A stretch of DNA of 64,000 nucleotides from Octopus sinensis (GCF_006345805.1 NC_043000.1:123008001-123072000); one strand, 5' to 3'; shown: positions 27,366 to 40,996, counted from the stretch's first letter. The notes: generated by a model from the letters alone, not told the origin. Numbers and translations: made by a program.

Positions 27366-27779
27366 CACACTGTTGTCAAACGAAAACTAAAGTTTAAAAC
27401 CAAAAGCAATTGAGTTTACGCCATGTTTTGATAACCAATTTTAGGCGAATAACAGTAGACAAGGGAAAACATTATTTATTTTCAAGTTTAAGAAGCATCT
27501 ATGCCTATATGATCAAATGAATTGCTGTACCTCGCGAGAGTTTGTGCTTCAGAAGAATCACAACTGAGAGTGTGTACGAAATGTGCATAACAGCATGTAA
27601 CATGTGCATACACATACAATAATGCACACACTCGCACATCATATATTTCATCTCGTTGAAGTCGTGAAGATAATCTCACCTTTAGAATAATCATTCAAAT
27701 GATAAATATACTCAGCCTGCATTTTAAATTGTAATGTGCAATTTATTGCACATGATTTTAGTTCTGTAACTGTGAATTC

Positions 27780-27844
<65 letters not shown>

Positions 27845-27846
<2 letters not shown>

Positions 27847-28061
27847 CGGAGATGTACTTACATAGTAAGTGACCTGATCTGAGATCGTGTGCTGGAACGA
27901 AAACAATTGCAGCGTGGAAGGTGTTTATAAGCCATTTAAGTAACACACAAAAACCGTTAGATTCACTTCAACATTTAAGTTTAATTTGTCAATGACAAGT
28001 AAATCTAAAGGTTTTTTTTGTGTTTCTTAAATGACTTATAAACACCTTCCATGCTGCAATT

Positions 28062-28065
<4 letters not shown>
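27845..28065. repeat. Foldback: ~68-bp inverted repeat (27901-27968 / 27997-28065) embedded in (TA)n
   Basis: AAACAATTGCAGCGTGGAAGGTGTTTATAAGCCATTTAAG.. is mirrored by ..CTTAAATGACTTATAAACACCTTCCATGCTGCAATTGTTT. Confidence 0.93.
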
Positions 28066-28100
<35 letters not shown>

Positions 28101-28294
28101 ACAATATGAAAATGGAGGGGATCAAGAGGTGGTATTCATCAAATTTTAGACATTATATTATTTAATTTTTAAAAAAACAATTATAACAATATACATACAT
28201 GTATAACATATTATGCATTACATATATACTGAGGTCTCCCGCCCCTAAGCCCTAGACCATCACCTAATCACCCTTACCCATCTTGTTGCTTAGC

Positions 28295-28320
28295 AACAAC
28301 AACAACAGCAGCAGCAGCAA

Positions 28321-28376
<56 letters not shown>

Positions 28377-28390
28377 ACAGCAGCAGTAGC

Positions 28391-28424
<34 letters not shown>

Positions 28425-28432
28425 ACAGTAGC

Positions 28433-28467
<35 letters not shown>

Positions 28468-28505
28468 CAGCAGTAGTAGAGGTAGCAGTAGTATAGTAGT
28501 AGTTG
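28295..28505. repeat. (GTA/GCA)n trinucleotide microsatellite
   Basis: Direct reading; source of the poly-S and poly-L ORFs. Confidence 0.95.
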
Positions 28506-29133
28506 TTGTTTTAGAATATCCAGTCAGCTTTTGCAAGGGTAGTGACATGGCGTGGATGCAATCTATGAAATGTTTGCCTTATGTGTGGTCACTATTCGAG
28601 CTATTCCGTCGCTTCTTCACACGACACTATAGCAGAAGAAACCTGTCCAAAGTGACACACTTCGAGATTGCAACTTAATGTATCGATAACAGAAATCCAA
28701 CACTTGACTTATCTATTTGAATGTCTCGTTGAATTTAACAAGTTTTTATATTTTCGTATATAAGGAAGTATTATACATGATGCTGTTGCAGTTTTAAGAC
28801 TACAGAAACCTACATTTGAAGATACCAAGTTAAAAACGTTCTGGTCAAACATAAATCGCTTACTTCACTTTTCATCTATGAAAGTTCAATACGCGAAGTG
28901 TGAAATACATTCACTTTATGGCTTGTCTTCTCAACGAGAGGCATAATGGTCCCCCAAGTTTTAATCTTGCTTAGAGGTACTTTTCAGTTAAAATTGTGCG
29001 ATATATTAAATGGGTGACGATGTTTCTCTCATCTTCTTAGCAATACAGAAATTAAAAGAAGCTCCTACGGCTCAATGAAACGATCTTAAACGGGAAATGA
29101 AATAAAACGTTATGCACCTACATTATTTATTAG

Positions 29134-29195
<62 letters not shown>

Positions 29196-30589
29196 GAAAA
29201 TTAGAAACGCCCACTATTTGACTTCTCTCTATCTCTTTCTTTCTCTCTCTGTCTCTCTCTCTCTCTCCCTCTCTCTTGGCTGCTCATTTTTCTCTCTCTT
29301 ATTCTATTCTCTTTCATGTCCTTAATCTGCCTTTCAAATATTTTTATGTAAACTAGCTAAACAGTTCTTATTCTATTCTAAAAGATGCGTATGTATGTGT
29401 TCGGGTATGAACGCACAGGCACACGTATGTGTATGTGCACATACTCGTACACATACACGCACATATGTGTACGGGTATGTACACATAGGTAAACATATGT
29501 GTATGTACCCATACCCGTTCATATACACATATGTTTACGGGTATATGTGTATGTACGTGTTCTTGTACGTGCATTTGTGTTTATTTATCTACATAGCTTT
29601 CATTTCACAGCCTGTTATCTTACTGTTATTTTACTCGTCACAACTTATATTTCGCTTTCTCTTACCAGCTTCTAAGACTTTCAATGTTTAATGAGCGAAT
29701 ATATCTTCCTACACGATCTATAGGTTAATCATAAATTTAACTATTTAAAGACAGAAACTAAATAATTTGATGTCAAAGGATCAAAGTAATTCAGGAATTA
29801 ATGGTGTGAGTTCTTTACTTGACAATATATACCGAGTTCTTGTAGCTATTTCTGTAAGGACTTAAACTTAGATCTCTTAGACTGTGATTAGAAATAACGA
29901 AACAAAACATGAATTATTATCCAATTATGCAATGAATAATGATATCTATAGAGGCAAAAAGCCTTCAGCAAGCAGTAAAATTGTCTCACTGAGAAATGCT
30001 ATGCATCATCTGTTGAGCAATATGAACTCACGACCTAAACAAACGGAACGGTACACTTTATGCACTTGGTCAATATATGAAATATATTGCCCATAAGGAA
30101 TAATGAGTTCTTAATCAGCAAAGTAATATAATCAACGAGATATAAACTTGTGACCTTAATATAAGGGATTATTCAATCGGTCAATGCAGTTAACATTGCA
30201 CATAAGGAACAATGATTTCGGAATTCATAATACAAACTAGCCTTAGGAATGAGTTGGCATGTTATATATGAGAGTGCTGTACCGCTGGCTTATCCATAAT
30301 AAATACCAACAGAATATATTGATTTTCTTTCATAGCACAGTTTCAGATAAGATTATCTGATATCCATGCCATTTTCAAAGGCATTAGTAATGCACGTGGA
30401 TCGAAATGACCTTAACTGGGGATATATATTTACTTGATTCTAAGTATGTCTAAGTATGTATGACAAATGAATTATGCGCAAATTATATGCAAATTCAAAG
30501 CACTACATTTTTAATAATAATAATTTTTTATTCCTTGTCTGAAAGGTAAAACATGCCTCTTCGCAGCCATCATACTGGTGATAAATATA

Positions 30590-30800
30590 ATCCCTTCTAC
30601 AATAGGCACAAGACCTGTAAATTTGGGGGATGGAAGCTAGTCGATGACATTGTCATCAGTGTTCAACTGGTACTTATTTCATCGATCCCGAAAGGATTAA
30701 AAGCAAAGTCGACCTCGGCAAAATTTAAACTCAGAACAAAAGGCTGGAAGAAATGCAGCTAAGCATATGATCTGGTACGGTAACGATTCTGGTACTTGAT
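30590..30800 (-). mobile_element. Diverged SINE A (tail type 2)
   Basis: GGCACAAGACCTGTAAATTTG..GGTACTTATTTCATCGATCCCGAAAGGAT..AAAGTCGACCTCGGC..TTTAAACTCAGAAC. Confidence 0.8.
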
Positions 30801-31185
30801 TCATGGACCTTGTAACATCGAGAGGCAACCTTGCCCATGGTGGGATTTGAACTCAGGATGCTAAAATCCAGAGCGAATACGGCAATATATTACATCCGAC
30901 GCTCTAATGACACAGCTTCGGGAAAATAAGCTATAAAAATCAATACCGAATAGCATGCAGAACGTTGAGCACGTAATATGTAGTCTGAATAACGATTTCT
31001 AACTTTCAACAAGGTCACACATTTATAGAAAACGAGAGTAGTTGATTAAACACTTGGGCAATTACATTACTGGCACGTATTTCATCAGTAATATACATCT
31101 ATCCTCGTTTATCACATGGGTTTGATTCCTAAAGAAAAAAAACAAGAAACAATGATAAATGAATGAGTGATAAATGAATCATCTC

Positions 31186-31336
31186 CATGCACTTTGTAAA
31201 TAGAACGAATGGCAAATTCATTGACGCCAAACTCATGGCATACAGTAGCGAAGCTTCCACTGTCACGTATTTTCTTCATCATCTCTTCTCTTTCCTGTAC
31301 AGAATACATTTGACTATGTCGTTTGTTAGGATCAGG
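31186..31336 (-). pseudogene. Tigger/pogo transposase N-terminal CENP-B-type HTH relic
   Basis: KRHSQMYSVQEREEMMKKIRDSGSFATVCHEFGVNEFAIRSIYK follows the pogo/Tigger pattern KR..+T+.EK.++++.+..G.S.A.V.+.+G+NES.+R.I.K. Confidence 0.65.
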
Positions 31337-31476
31337 CCTCTCTGTATATATTTTTTTCTACTCACTGATGGATACGAGTAGATAAATCAGTACAAAAAAA
31401 TACTCAGCCTCGCACGAAAGTGATAGAAACACAAGTGATAATCAGTGTGTCCTAAGTAACTGAAAATTATGGATAG

Positions 31477-31857
31477 AAGGCGGCGAGCTAGCAGAAACGT
31501 TAGCACGCAGGGTGAAATGCTTAGCGGTATCTCGTCTGCCGTTACGTTCTGAGTTCAAATTAGGCCGCGGTCGACTTTGCCTTTCATCCTTTCGGGGTCG
31601 ATTAAATAAGTACCAGTTACGCACTGGGATCGATATAATCGACTTAATCCGTTTGTCTGTCCTTGTTTGCCCTCTCTGTGTAGTAAAGAAATAGGTATCT
31701 CGTCTGCCGCTACGTTCTGAGTTCAAATTCCGCCGAGGTCGACTTTGCCTTTCATCCTTTCGGGATCGATGAGCACCAGTTGCGTACTGGAGTCGATCTA
31801 ATCGACTGGCCCCCTCCCCAAAAATTTCGGGCCTTGTATCTAGAGTAGAAAATGAAT
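31477..31857 (+). mobile_element. Dimeric SINE A (full unit with tail 1 + headless unit with tail 2)
   Basis: Two tandem bodies joined at AAAGAAATAGGTATCTCGTCT; TSD ATTATGGAT(A/G)G at 31466-31476 and 31858-31868. Confidence 0.92.
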
Positions 31858-32461
31858 ATTATGGATGGTAGCTGAAACGCATTTTGGAATATTATGGATG
31901 ATAACTGGAACAAGCATAACCTACGCTTACCACAGAACACTGCGTACTAAGTATACCACGGTGATAGATGAGATTACATGTATTTAAGACAAAAAAAAAC
32001 CCCGAAAATTCTGCCACTGCAAAGATTGACTTTGAGCATAAGTAAAAGAAGCTAGAGAGGAAAATGGAAACACTGGTGCTAAAAGTGTTCCATATTACTT
32101 TTCGTGCGACTTAAAACTAGCTTTAGAGGTAAGGGGTTAGTAAATATAACACCACATAAAAAGTGCTTCACGTGATGTTTCAGAAGATATGTTGTGGAGG
32201 AAAATCATTATGATTGATTGTATCTCTTATTTATTTTACCTTTTATCTTTGGATGAAAGGCAATCCTGCAAACTCGAAATGAAATCCTATGAAAGAGCAC
32301 TTGATACTCAATTTAAAGGCTACGCCTATATATAGATATCAGCATATGTTTGTGCTTGTGCAGAATCATACATTCAAATGCATGTATGATTGCAACATGT
32401 ACAATCATACAAACAAACGCACACGCACACACCTCATGCCCACGCGCGCAAAGACGCTCAC

Positions 32462-32499
<38 letters not shown>

Positions 32500-32864
32500 A
32501 TATATGGATATATATATATATATATATGGGTGTACATGGGCATACATATTACTCAATTTTTTCTCTCGCTCACTTCCTCTCTCATTCTTTCTCTCTCTCT
32601 CTTTCTCCCTATATGTTATATGTGTGTGTGTTTGAGTGTGTACAGAGAAAGATAGATAGATAGAAACTTTTTTATATTTCTTTGTGTTTTTTTTTTAATT
32701 TCCTATGCGTTTGATGTATACAAAAATGGAACATATTGATTTTATATCATACCATTGATTTATATGAAACAAATTCAATATAGTCGTATATACAAATCAT
32801 GTAAAACTATGCACAAAAATTATTGCTAAATAATTATGTGAATATGTGTGTCCTTCCATATATC

Positions 32865-32900
<36 letters not shown>

Positions 32901-35785
32901 CACTGTTGTTGGTAAGTATATGTGTATATATATATATATTATATTACTAGTAATATTATATTTGTGTGTCTGTATTGAAATATACCTATCTATTTATTTA
33001 TCTGTGTTTGCGTATTCATTTCTAGACACATTCATGAAAAAATTATATTAAAATTAGTTTTACCTGGTCTCTGTGGTGCATAGTTTTCTAAGAATCAAAT
33101 AATGGAAATATTTCTTTTTCTCTTTTCTTTTTCCTCGCAAATCATGAAGACAATTGAAAATGAACAACATTTATTTATTTATTTATTTTTAGAAATCTCT
33201 ACTTATATTTCGTAATTAGAAATAACTCCGTTTCTTTCTCTTTTTTTCTTTTTTTTAAAAGAAAAGAAAAAAATGTTAATTTGCAGTCGAGATATAAAAT
33301 AATTTTCTCGGACACTATAGTAAAATATCTTTTTCAATAACTCTTCTTAATTTTCAAACAGAACGTGCTTCTCTCTAGTCTTTCATGGAATTCATTTTGT
33401 AAAGAATCTATTTTTGCTATATGTATTCCTGGAGAAAGAGTAAATAGATGATAGTATAAAAGAGAGTTAGTGGATGCTGAAGAAATCGTTGAATGTAGAA
33501 ACTGAGCTTTGAGGAAATATTAAGGTTAATAATCCTTTGGTGGAAGGAAATAAAAACAAAGATTTACTTGTATGTCTGCAATATTTTCTTTTATATATTT
33601 ACATCTAGTTTTCATTACAATCATAATACAACAGTCTCCAGACAAAAGCCTCTTCTCTCTTCTGGTGTGTTTCTGATTGCTGTTGTTACTGCTATTGCTG
33701 GTGGTATGTTGGTGTTGCTGTTGATATTGTTTTGCAGCATTTTTCTTAATGATTTTTTTTTTTTTAAAAGAGTTGTGGTAATGTTTATCGTATCTGTTTT
33801 TTCTATTCTTGTCATTCTGTATGGTTGCTATTGGATTTCTTATTAACGTTGTTGCTATTCAAACTGATTTTTGTTGTAATCTCCATTTTTTTTTAATGTT
33901 ATTGTTATAGCTATTGTCGGCTATAGTGTTTTTGTTTCCGTTGTTTTGTTGTTTTTGTTATTGTTATTTATGCTTCCGTGTTGTTGTTGTTGTTGTTGGA
34001 TCTTATTTTTGCAGCTGTTATTAAAGTCTTGTTAGTGCTCCTGTTGTTCGCGTTGTAACTGTAATTACTCTTCGACCTGTCTTTGATGTTGGTGTTGCAT
34101 TAATCAATGATTTTCGTTTTGAAACGCTGATTAGTTTTGTCGGTAACGTTGTTTTTATTGTTATTGTTCCCGATAACGGTGCTGCATTATAGTACTCCAG
34201 TATTTAATACTGCTGCTGTTGTATGATGACGACGATGATGATGATGATGATGGTGGTGGTGTACAAATTGCTATACTGGCACTCACCAGAGAAATAAAAA
34301 AAAATCTGAAGCCACAGTTTTCAATGAATGCGGAAGATTAAAACAAACATGAGTCTTAGACACCCTTTATATTAGACTGCAATGAAATTATTGTACTGGA
34401 ATTATTTAATAATGATTATTTAGAAATCTTTGAATAGAATGGATAGTGCAGACGACAGTGTCGTTAAGATGTCTGACTACCATCTGAAGGTACTCTTCTT
34501 CCAGTACTGGCACTTCACTCGTTAAGTAATCGAGACACTAATTTCTTGTTAGTCCCCTTCAGTTTGACGTAAAATGGAGTGGATATAGCTGTCTTCTGAA
34601 GGATTTGATTGGGGAGATAGAAAATGAATGGATGCTTTGTTAACTTTCAGTTCTGAATTCGCGTTTCTCAGCTGGCATAGATAACTCGAAGTAAACCAAA
34701 ACTGTTCTGCTGCAGTACTTAAGAATTCAATTTTCTTTAAGCCAGTAGAGACTTTAATCAGTCGATAAAGAAACACTGGTAATATTATTGGAGTTAGATT
34801 AGGGTTTAGAAATATCCATTACTCACAACGGTTCGTAAGAACTAGGTATAGTACTAAGTATATGTAAGGAGCTGTTATCAGAAAAATTTGTACGAGTATG
34901 AAGTTCTAAATCACATCCAAACATTATGTGTTTCTGAGCAATGAAGATTAGTTCAACTGCAGGCGCCATTGAAACAACTTTCACTTTTTTCAACATTCCT
35001 CTGGCTAAACGGCGATATCACTACCAAGTCAAAACTAACCTGACAAAGATTAATATCTAAAGTCAGGATCAATATATTGACGTCTGATAATCCTTGTAAA
35101 ACATTTTATTAACACAGCTTCTCAGGTCTAAACGAAACTCATAATGGTGTATGTTTATTTCTTTATGGAGACAATTCTTAAGGTAAGCTGCCACTGCAAA
35201 TGTAAATATTTGGCCTGGACCGCAGTATTTACATTAAAATCCTGCCAGGAATCTGAGGGATTTTAGAGTGTACAATACTGTTATCCTATAATCCGTTTGT
35301 AAATTCTGTCATTCATTTATATTCTACTTCATGTTTAACTTTTACATTCATAAGATGGAATTGTCTTTTGATCGGCTTTATATTTAACAACATTAGGAGG
35401 TCATTTCTGCTAGTAATGTTTTACTTTTGCATTTCGACCTGTCGTACTTAAATTTATAAAATCCTATGAAAGGTTTCAGTGGTGTTAATAACGAATATAA
35501 GCTTCTTTATGAGAAACCTTGTCTAATAGAATAGTTTCCACTATATTTTTCCGCACAAATTCTCTCTCACAAAACGTCGTTAAATGTTGTTCATATTAAT
35601 TCACGTTTTCTGCTTACGTTATATTAATTTGGGTAAATCCTATATTTTACTTAACTTCCTAATCCACTCCACTTTTACTCCACTTCCTAATCAAGTCAAG
35701 AAAATAACACTGAAGATAATTTAACATTTGATAATATTTTCTTTAATTTTTCTTCTAATGCAAATATGACATATATTAGTCACCG

Positions 35786-35840
<55 letters not shown>

Positions 35841-37060
35841 ATGTGTGTGTTTAGCATCTACGAGCTTTGAGCACTGCACATCTCAGTAACTCTTAAATAC
35901 ATCGTTAATCATCTTATCTAATATTTTAACACGTTTTAGTACATAAGCAGAATACATGATAGTTCCGTCTTAAATTTATGACTCAAACTTATCTATATTC
36001 TTGAATATGTATCCTCTTAGCATACATTTTACAAACACTATAATTCTGTATGGTTTAGAGATGATTAAAATAGTTTTGTTACATATTTTTTGTAACTAAT
36101 ATGATTTTATTCCTTTTTCGATGTGAAATTTTGCCAAAAGTGATAAATTTTTCTCAAATACAAATAACATGGTGATTAGTAGACACTAATTATTTTAGGA
36201 AGGGCAGTAATCATAGTGTTTGTATATTCGCTCACCCAGATTGGTGAGATCGGTGCGATAGTACAAACAATATATGAAAGAAAAGAAAACATAGATATGG
36301 CAAATTCCTTAAGAATCCAAAAGGCAAGTACAGCACAAGTGGGTTCGTTTTTGAGTCTGGATTGATATCCTTTTCCTTTACACCAATCATTTTCTGATAA
36401 AATACATAGACATCATAACTTGTCGTTCCCGCCCCCTAAAATTCTATTACAATTCATATGCATGGAAAACAATCAATTAAACGTAAATGTTACGATCACC
36501 TGACTAGATTTGAACTGAATAAACATACATTTTGCACCACGGGGCAAATGAGTTTAATGAATTTTATGTTTGTAATCTTCCTCTAAAATAGTTTAATCAT
36601 AAAAACTGATAAACAGAGTACTTATAAATTACAGTTGTTCATTCTACTTGCTGCAGTTCAAAAGACAACGATAGTATTTCTCAAATATTTTTAGTTGTTT
36701 TAAGTAAATGAGTGTATTTAATCAATGTTTCATTAAATAATTATAGGGGTTTCCTTTTTATATGAACAGAACCATGATTTCTGAGCTCATAGAGTGTTTA
36801 GAACTATTGTTAGCTCTGAAATATTAACGATTCAACTTAGTAATAGATTGTCATAGAATTGTGCTAGAGGTAACAGTAAGTTGTATACTACTTATGCCAC
36901 CTGCTGTCGTCCCAAACATCGTTTTGTTCAGCTTTAAAGCAGTTAGCATTCGTTTGATATAGATTTGACTACTTTTCAAGCATGTCCTAAAATCACAGGG
37001 CTCTCATCAATCTTGTGAAGCGAGATTGTTTTACAAACATATATCTAACCATCGAAAATA

Positions 37061-37229
37061 GGCGCAAGAGTGGCTGTGTGGTAAGTAGCTTGTTTACCAA
37101 CTACCTGGTTTCCGGTTCAGTCCCACTGCGTGGCATCTTGGGCAAGTGTCTTCTACTGTAGCCTCGGGCCGACCAAAGCCTTGTGAGTGGATTTGGTAGA
37201 CGGAAACTGAAAGAAGCCCGTCATATATA

Positions 37230-37283
<54 letters not shown>

Positions 37284-37483
37284 TGTGTTTGCCCTCCCCC
37301 CCGCAACATCGCTTGAAAACCGATGCTGGTGTGTTTTCGTCCCCGAAACTTAGCGGTTCAGCAAAAGAGACCGCTAGAATAAGTACTAGGCTTACATAGA
37401 ATAAGTTCTGGGGCCGATTTGCACGACTAAAGGCGGTGCTCCAGCATGGCTGCAGTCAAATGACTGAAACAAGTAAAAGAATA
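37061..37483 (+). mobile_element. Full-length SINE family B (tRNA head, CORE-like domain, internal (GT)n)
   Basis: GGCGCAAGAGTGGCTGTGTGGTAAG..GGTTCAGTCCC..CTTGGGCAAGTG..internal (TG)n..tail GCAGTCAAATGACTGAAACAAGTAAAAGA. Confidence 0.93.
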
Positions 37484-38832
37484 TAGCAGTAGCTTCAGTG
37501 GTCTAACTAGGTCTAAACATTGCTGTTCATACTACTTGCAGGTGTAATGACTTTTAAGAAACTTGTCTGAAATTATTCCATACACTTGATACAAACACTC
37601 TTTGTAGGAGAGATGATAGCTGATGAGAGTTTAAGTTATGTACATGATTCATTCAGTATCCAAGTTACAAAGATTCGTGTAACTGATATCTCTGTACCAT
37701 TAAATGGATAAGAGATATCCCCTACCTGGATAGTTTCATGATCTGTCGCCTGTAGACATTTCCGTAAGCAAAATCAACACAGTACAATACCTACGAAGCA
37801 TCAGCTTCACAATGCTGTTGTTACTTACAGCACGGGAATGCAACCCTCGCGATGTGGTTCTTTAGAGATGTGTGAATCCGGTCATTTTAAAGTAAAATGT
37901 GATCGCATCCAAAACACATTATTGTAACCAAACGTGACCACCGACCCTTTAGGTTTGTTCGATTCCTACCCTTGCGATAGAATCGCTAAGCCTCGAAATG
38001 CATCTATGGCTCGAGTCTTCATAAATGGAGCCAAAGTCTTCATGTGAGTTGGAAAGAAACACCCTGGTATGTATTACCTGGTTAATGGCCAGAGATACAC
38101 ACCCAGGAATGATGCGCAGCAGAACATCAGGTAAAAGGCTTTCTGCCTATCAGCAGAAGGTTATCAGGTTATGTTATCAGACAACTCCACTCTGAGACTA
38201 ACATTGATAACCAGAGTAGATGTTAGTGAATATTCACTTCGAAGGGCATACTTTTACAATTCAGGAATAGTAATTAACAGCAATAGCTGATGCACAAAAT
38301 AAAATGTTGGTAAAACCCCTAGATGTGCCAACTTACGCAGGCTCTGAAAATCAACACCGAAGATATATGACCCACATCATAAATATCCGTCTGAAAATGA
38401 TATCACAGTATCATTTTCTTGCGAGGCATGCTGTCAAAACATATACAATGCAATCTCTTCTAGAAAGGGTGTTTCAGGCGATCATTATTATAATGATTGG
38501 GAAGGGAAATAACAAAGTGTGTACAATTGTAGAATTCAGTTGTAAAACAGACGTAAACATAATGTTAATTTGAAAAGAAAGGAAAAAAACAACTGTGCTT
38601 AATTAATGAGAATACTGGCGATAATTTTAGATTTATGCCAATGATTATTGACTCTCTTGGTCATATAACTAATTGGTACAGCACTGATTTGGGGGTTTAA
38701 GTTTCACAAAACCGCGAAGTGCACGGCTAATTAGGAAATTACGAAGTCAAGTAGTTAAAGGAAGTATTGTTGAGATTTATGTAATAATCTAGAAATTTAA
38801 CTTGTGCTATGTACATACACACAAGTATCTTT

Positions 38833-38880
38833 CTTTTACTTATTTCAGTCATTAGACTGCGGCCATGCTGGGGCACCACC
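38833..38880 (-). mobile_element. SINE B 3' tail fragment
   Basis: Reverse complement of GGTGCTCCAGCATGGCTGCAGTCAAATGACTGAAACAAGTAAAAG (37434-37479). Confidence 0.8.
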
Positions 38881-38994
38881 GTGACGAACTGTTATTCGAA
38901 TGAATCGACCACAGTGGTTATTTTGCGGCAGACAAACACACACACACACACACACAAACACTTGCATGTGTGTGTGCGTGTGTGTGGGGGGGTA

Positions 38995-39716
38995 CAGGGT
39001 GCGGTGAATGAACTGTCGTTTAAATTACGCAAAAATGTCAATAACAGTGGCATTTCATTTTAACAGATATATTTATCAAAATTACATAAAAATATCTTGA
39101 AATACTAAAGACTAAATTTATTCAATCGAATCGCCATTAGCTTCAACCACAGCCTCCAGACGACTTCGGAATCTCCTGCAACTCTTCCAGGCGGTCTCTT
39201 TCTTTAAGTTGGTGAATGCTGCCATAATCCTTGCCTTCAGTTCATCTTTGGTGTGACAAGGAGTTTTGTTGGTCTCTTGCTCAACAGCGCCTTGCACATG
39301 ATAATCAAAGGGGTTACAGTCTGGCGAGTTAGGTGGCTAAATGTTAGGGTTGACGAGGTCGCAAAAATTGTCTGACAGCCACGACTGAGTTTTCTTTCGT
39401 GTGTGGCATGGTGCAGAGTCCTGTTGCCAGACATAGGGCCTTCCAGCAGCTACCGTCTTGACCCGGGGCAGCACTACCTCCTCCTGGCAGCTGATGTAAG
39501 CTTCTGTGTTGAGTCTCAGGCAATTATGGGAAGATGAATGGAGACATAACGTCACCATCACCAGTGATCACTCCAAATACCATGATGTTAACTGGATGTT
39601 TGATTATTATCACTCTCGGTACATGTCCTCAGATTGCACTGTCCGCAAATTGACACCCAAACACTCTGAAATGTTCGTATTGGAGCCTAAGCGTCTGATG
39701 ATGACGGCGCCATTTG
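38995..39716 (-). mobile_element. Internally deleted DD37D (maT/Bmmar1-type) Tc1/mariner element
   Basis: Minus strand: RLNTEAY..WQQDSAPCH..NI*PPNSPDCNPFDY (37 residues between the 2nd and 3rd D)..RLEAVVEANGDSIE* (stop 39118-39120). Terminus CAGGGT preceded by TA (38993-94). An N-terminal HTH piece (NISECLGVNLRTVQ) is fused almost directly to the catalytic domain. Confidence 0.9.
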
Positions 39717-39776
39717 TATGTATGTATGTATGTATGTATGTATGTATGTATATATGCATGCATGTATGTATGTATG

Positions 39777-40183
39777 TAGAAACGTTAGCAGGCCGGACGA
39801 AATGCTTAGTGGTATTTCGTCTTCCGCTACGTTCTGAGTTCAAATTCCGCCGAGGTCGACTTTGCCTTTCATCCTTTCGGGGTCGATTAAATAAGTACCA
39901 GTTACGCACTGGGGTCGAAATAATCGACTTAATCCGTTTGTCTATCCTTGTTTGTCCTCTCTGTGTTTAGCCCCTTGTGGGTAGTAAAGAAATAGGTATT
40001 TTGTCTACTGCTACGTTCTGAGTTCAAATTCCGCCGAGATCGACTTTGCCTTTCATCCTTTCGGGGTCGATTAATTCAGTACCAGTTACGCACTAGGATC
40101 TATGTAATCGACTTAATCCGTTTGTCTGTCCTTGTTTGTCCCCTCTATGTTTAGCCCCTTGTGGGTAGTAAAGAAATAGGTAT
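39777..40183 (+). mobile_element. Dimeric SINE A (5'-truncated unit + headless unit, both tail 1) inside (TATG)n
   Basis: Junction AAAGAAATAGGTATTTTGTCT near 39990; ends AAATAGGTAT running into (GTAT)n. Confidence 0.92.
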
Positions 40184-40935
40184 GTATGTATGTATGTATG
40201 TATGTATGTATGTATGTATGTATGTATGTATGTATGTATGTATGTACGTACGTTTGTACGAATATCACACATACCTACTAGTTTCGTGATATTCTCAGAG
40301 AAACTCTGCCAGAAGACCATTGCTTTTGGCTTGGACTAAATTTTAATCGTAGTTGGCGCATTGCTATTTCATCACAGAATGATTGATTCCATTCTAAACT
40401 GTTTCAAACAATAATATTACAACAACATTATCTTTCTCGTGAAGGTGTCGAAATTCTCTCTATATTTAGACAACTTTCATTCACCCTTCATTCATCTTTA
40501 AAGCGGAGTTGAAAAATAACAGTGGCATTCCTATTGAAGATATATATTTTTAGATTATTCAATGATTTGTTAAGATATATCACCATCTACAAGAAAAGAA
40601 GTAGTATTTGAAGAAAAAACGGATCGATAATTTCTTGAAATGTGTATGCGTATGAAGGTGGTAGAAAAGTGGAGAAGGACAGAGAAGGAAATTTACAGTC
40701 AACGTATTTAGTCTTAAGATAATATACTTCTACACGGAATGAGTGAGAAAATATTGAATTACAAAAACAAAGAGTTTCAATTGAATGCAGACACAAAACT
40801 GAATTTAAACTTCTCAAGTTTATTCAATCGTCTCCGTTTGTAAGTTAAACCAGTTATTTCTGGTTGATGTCTTTCAAAAATAGGTTTCCATTTCAGTTTG
40901 TACTCAGAAAAAAAACACTACTTTTACAATGTAAT

Positions 40936-40996
<61 letters not shown>

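Noticed and set aside
37700-38300. GC-richer unique stretch with several donor-like sites
   Set aside because: The frames I translated had stops and no recognisable motif; could be old TE or regulatory DNA, so no call is supportable.
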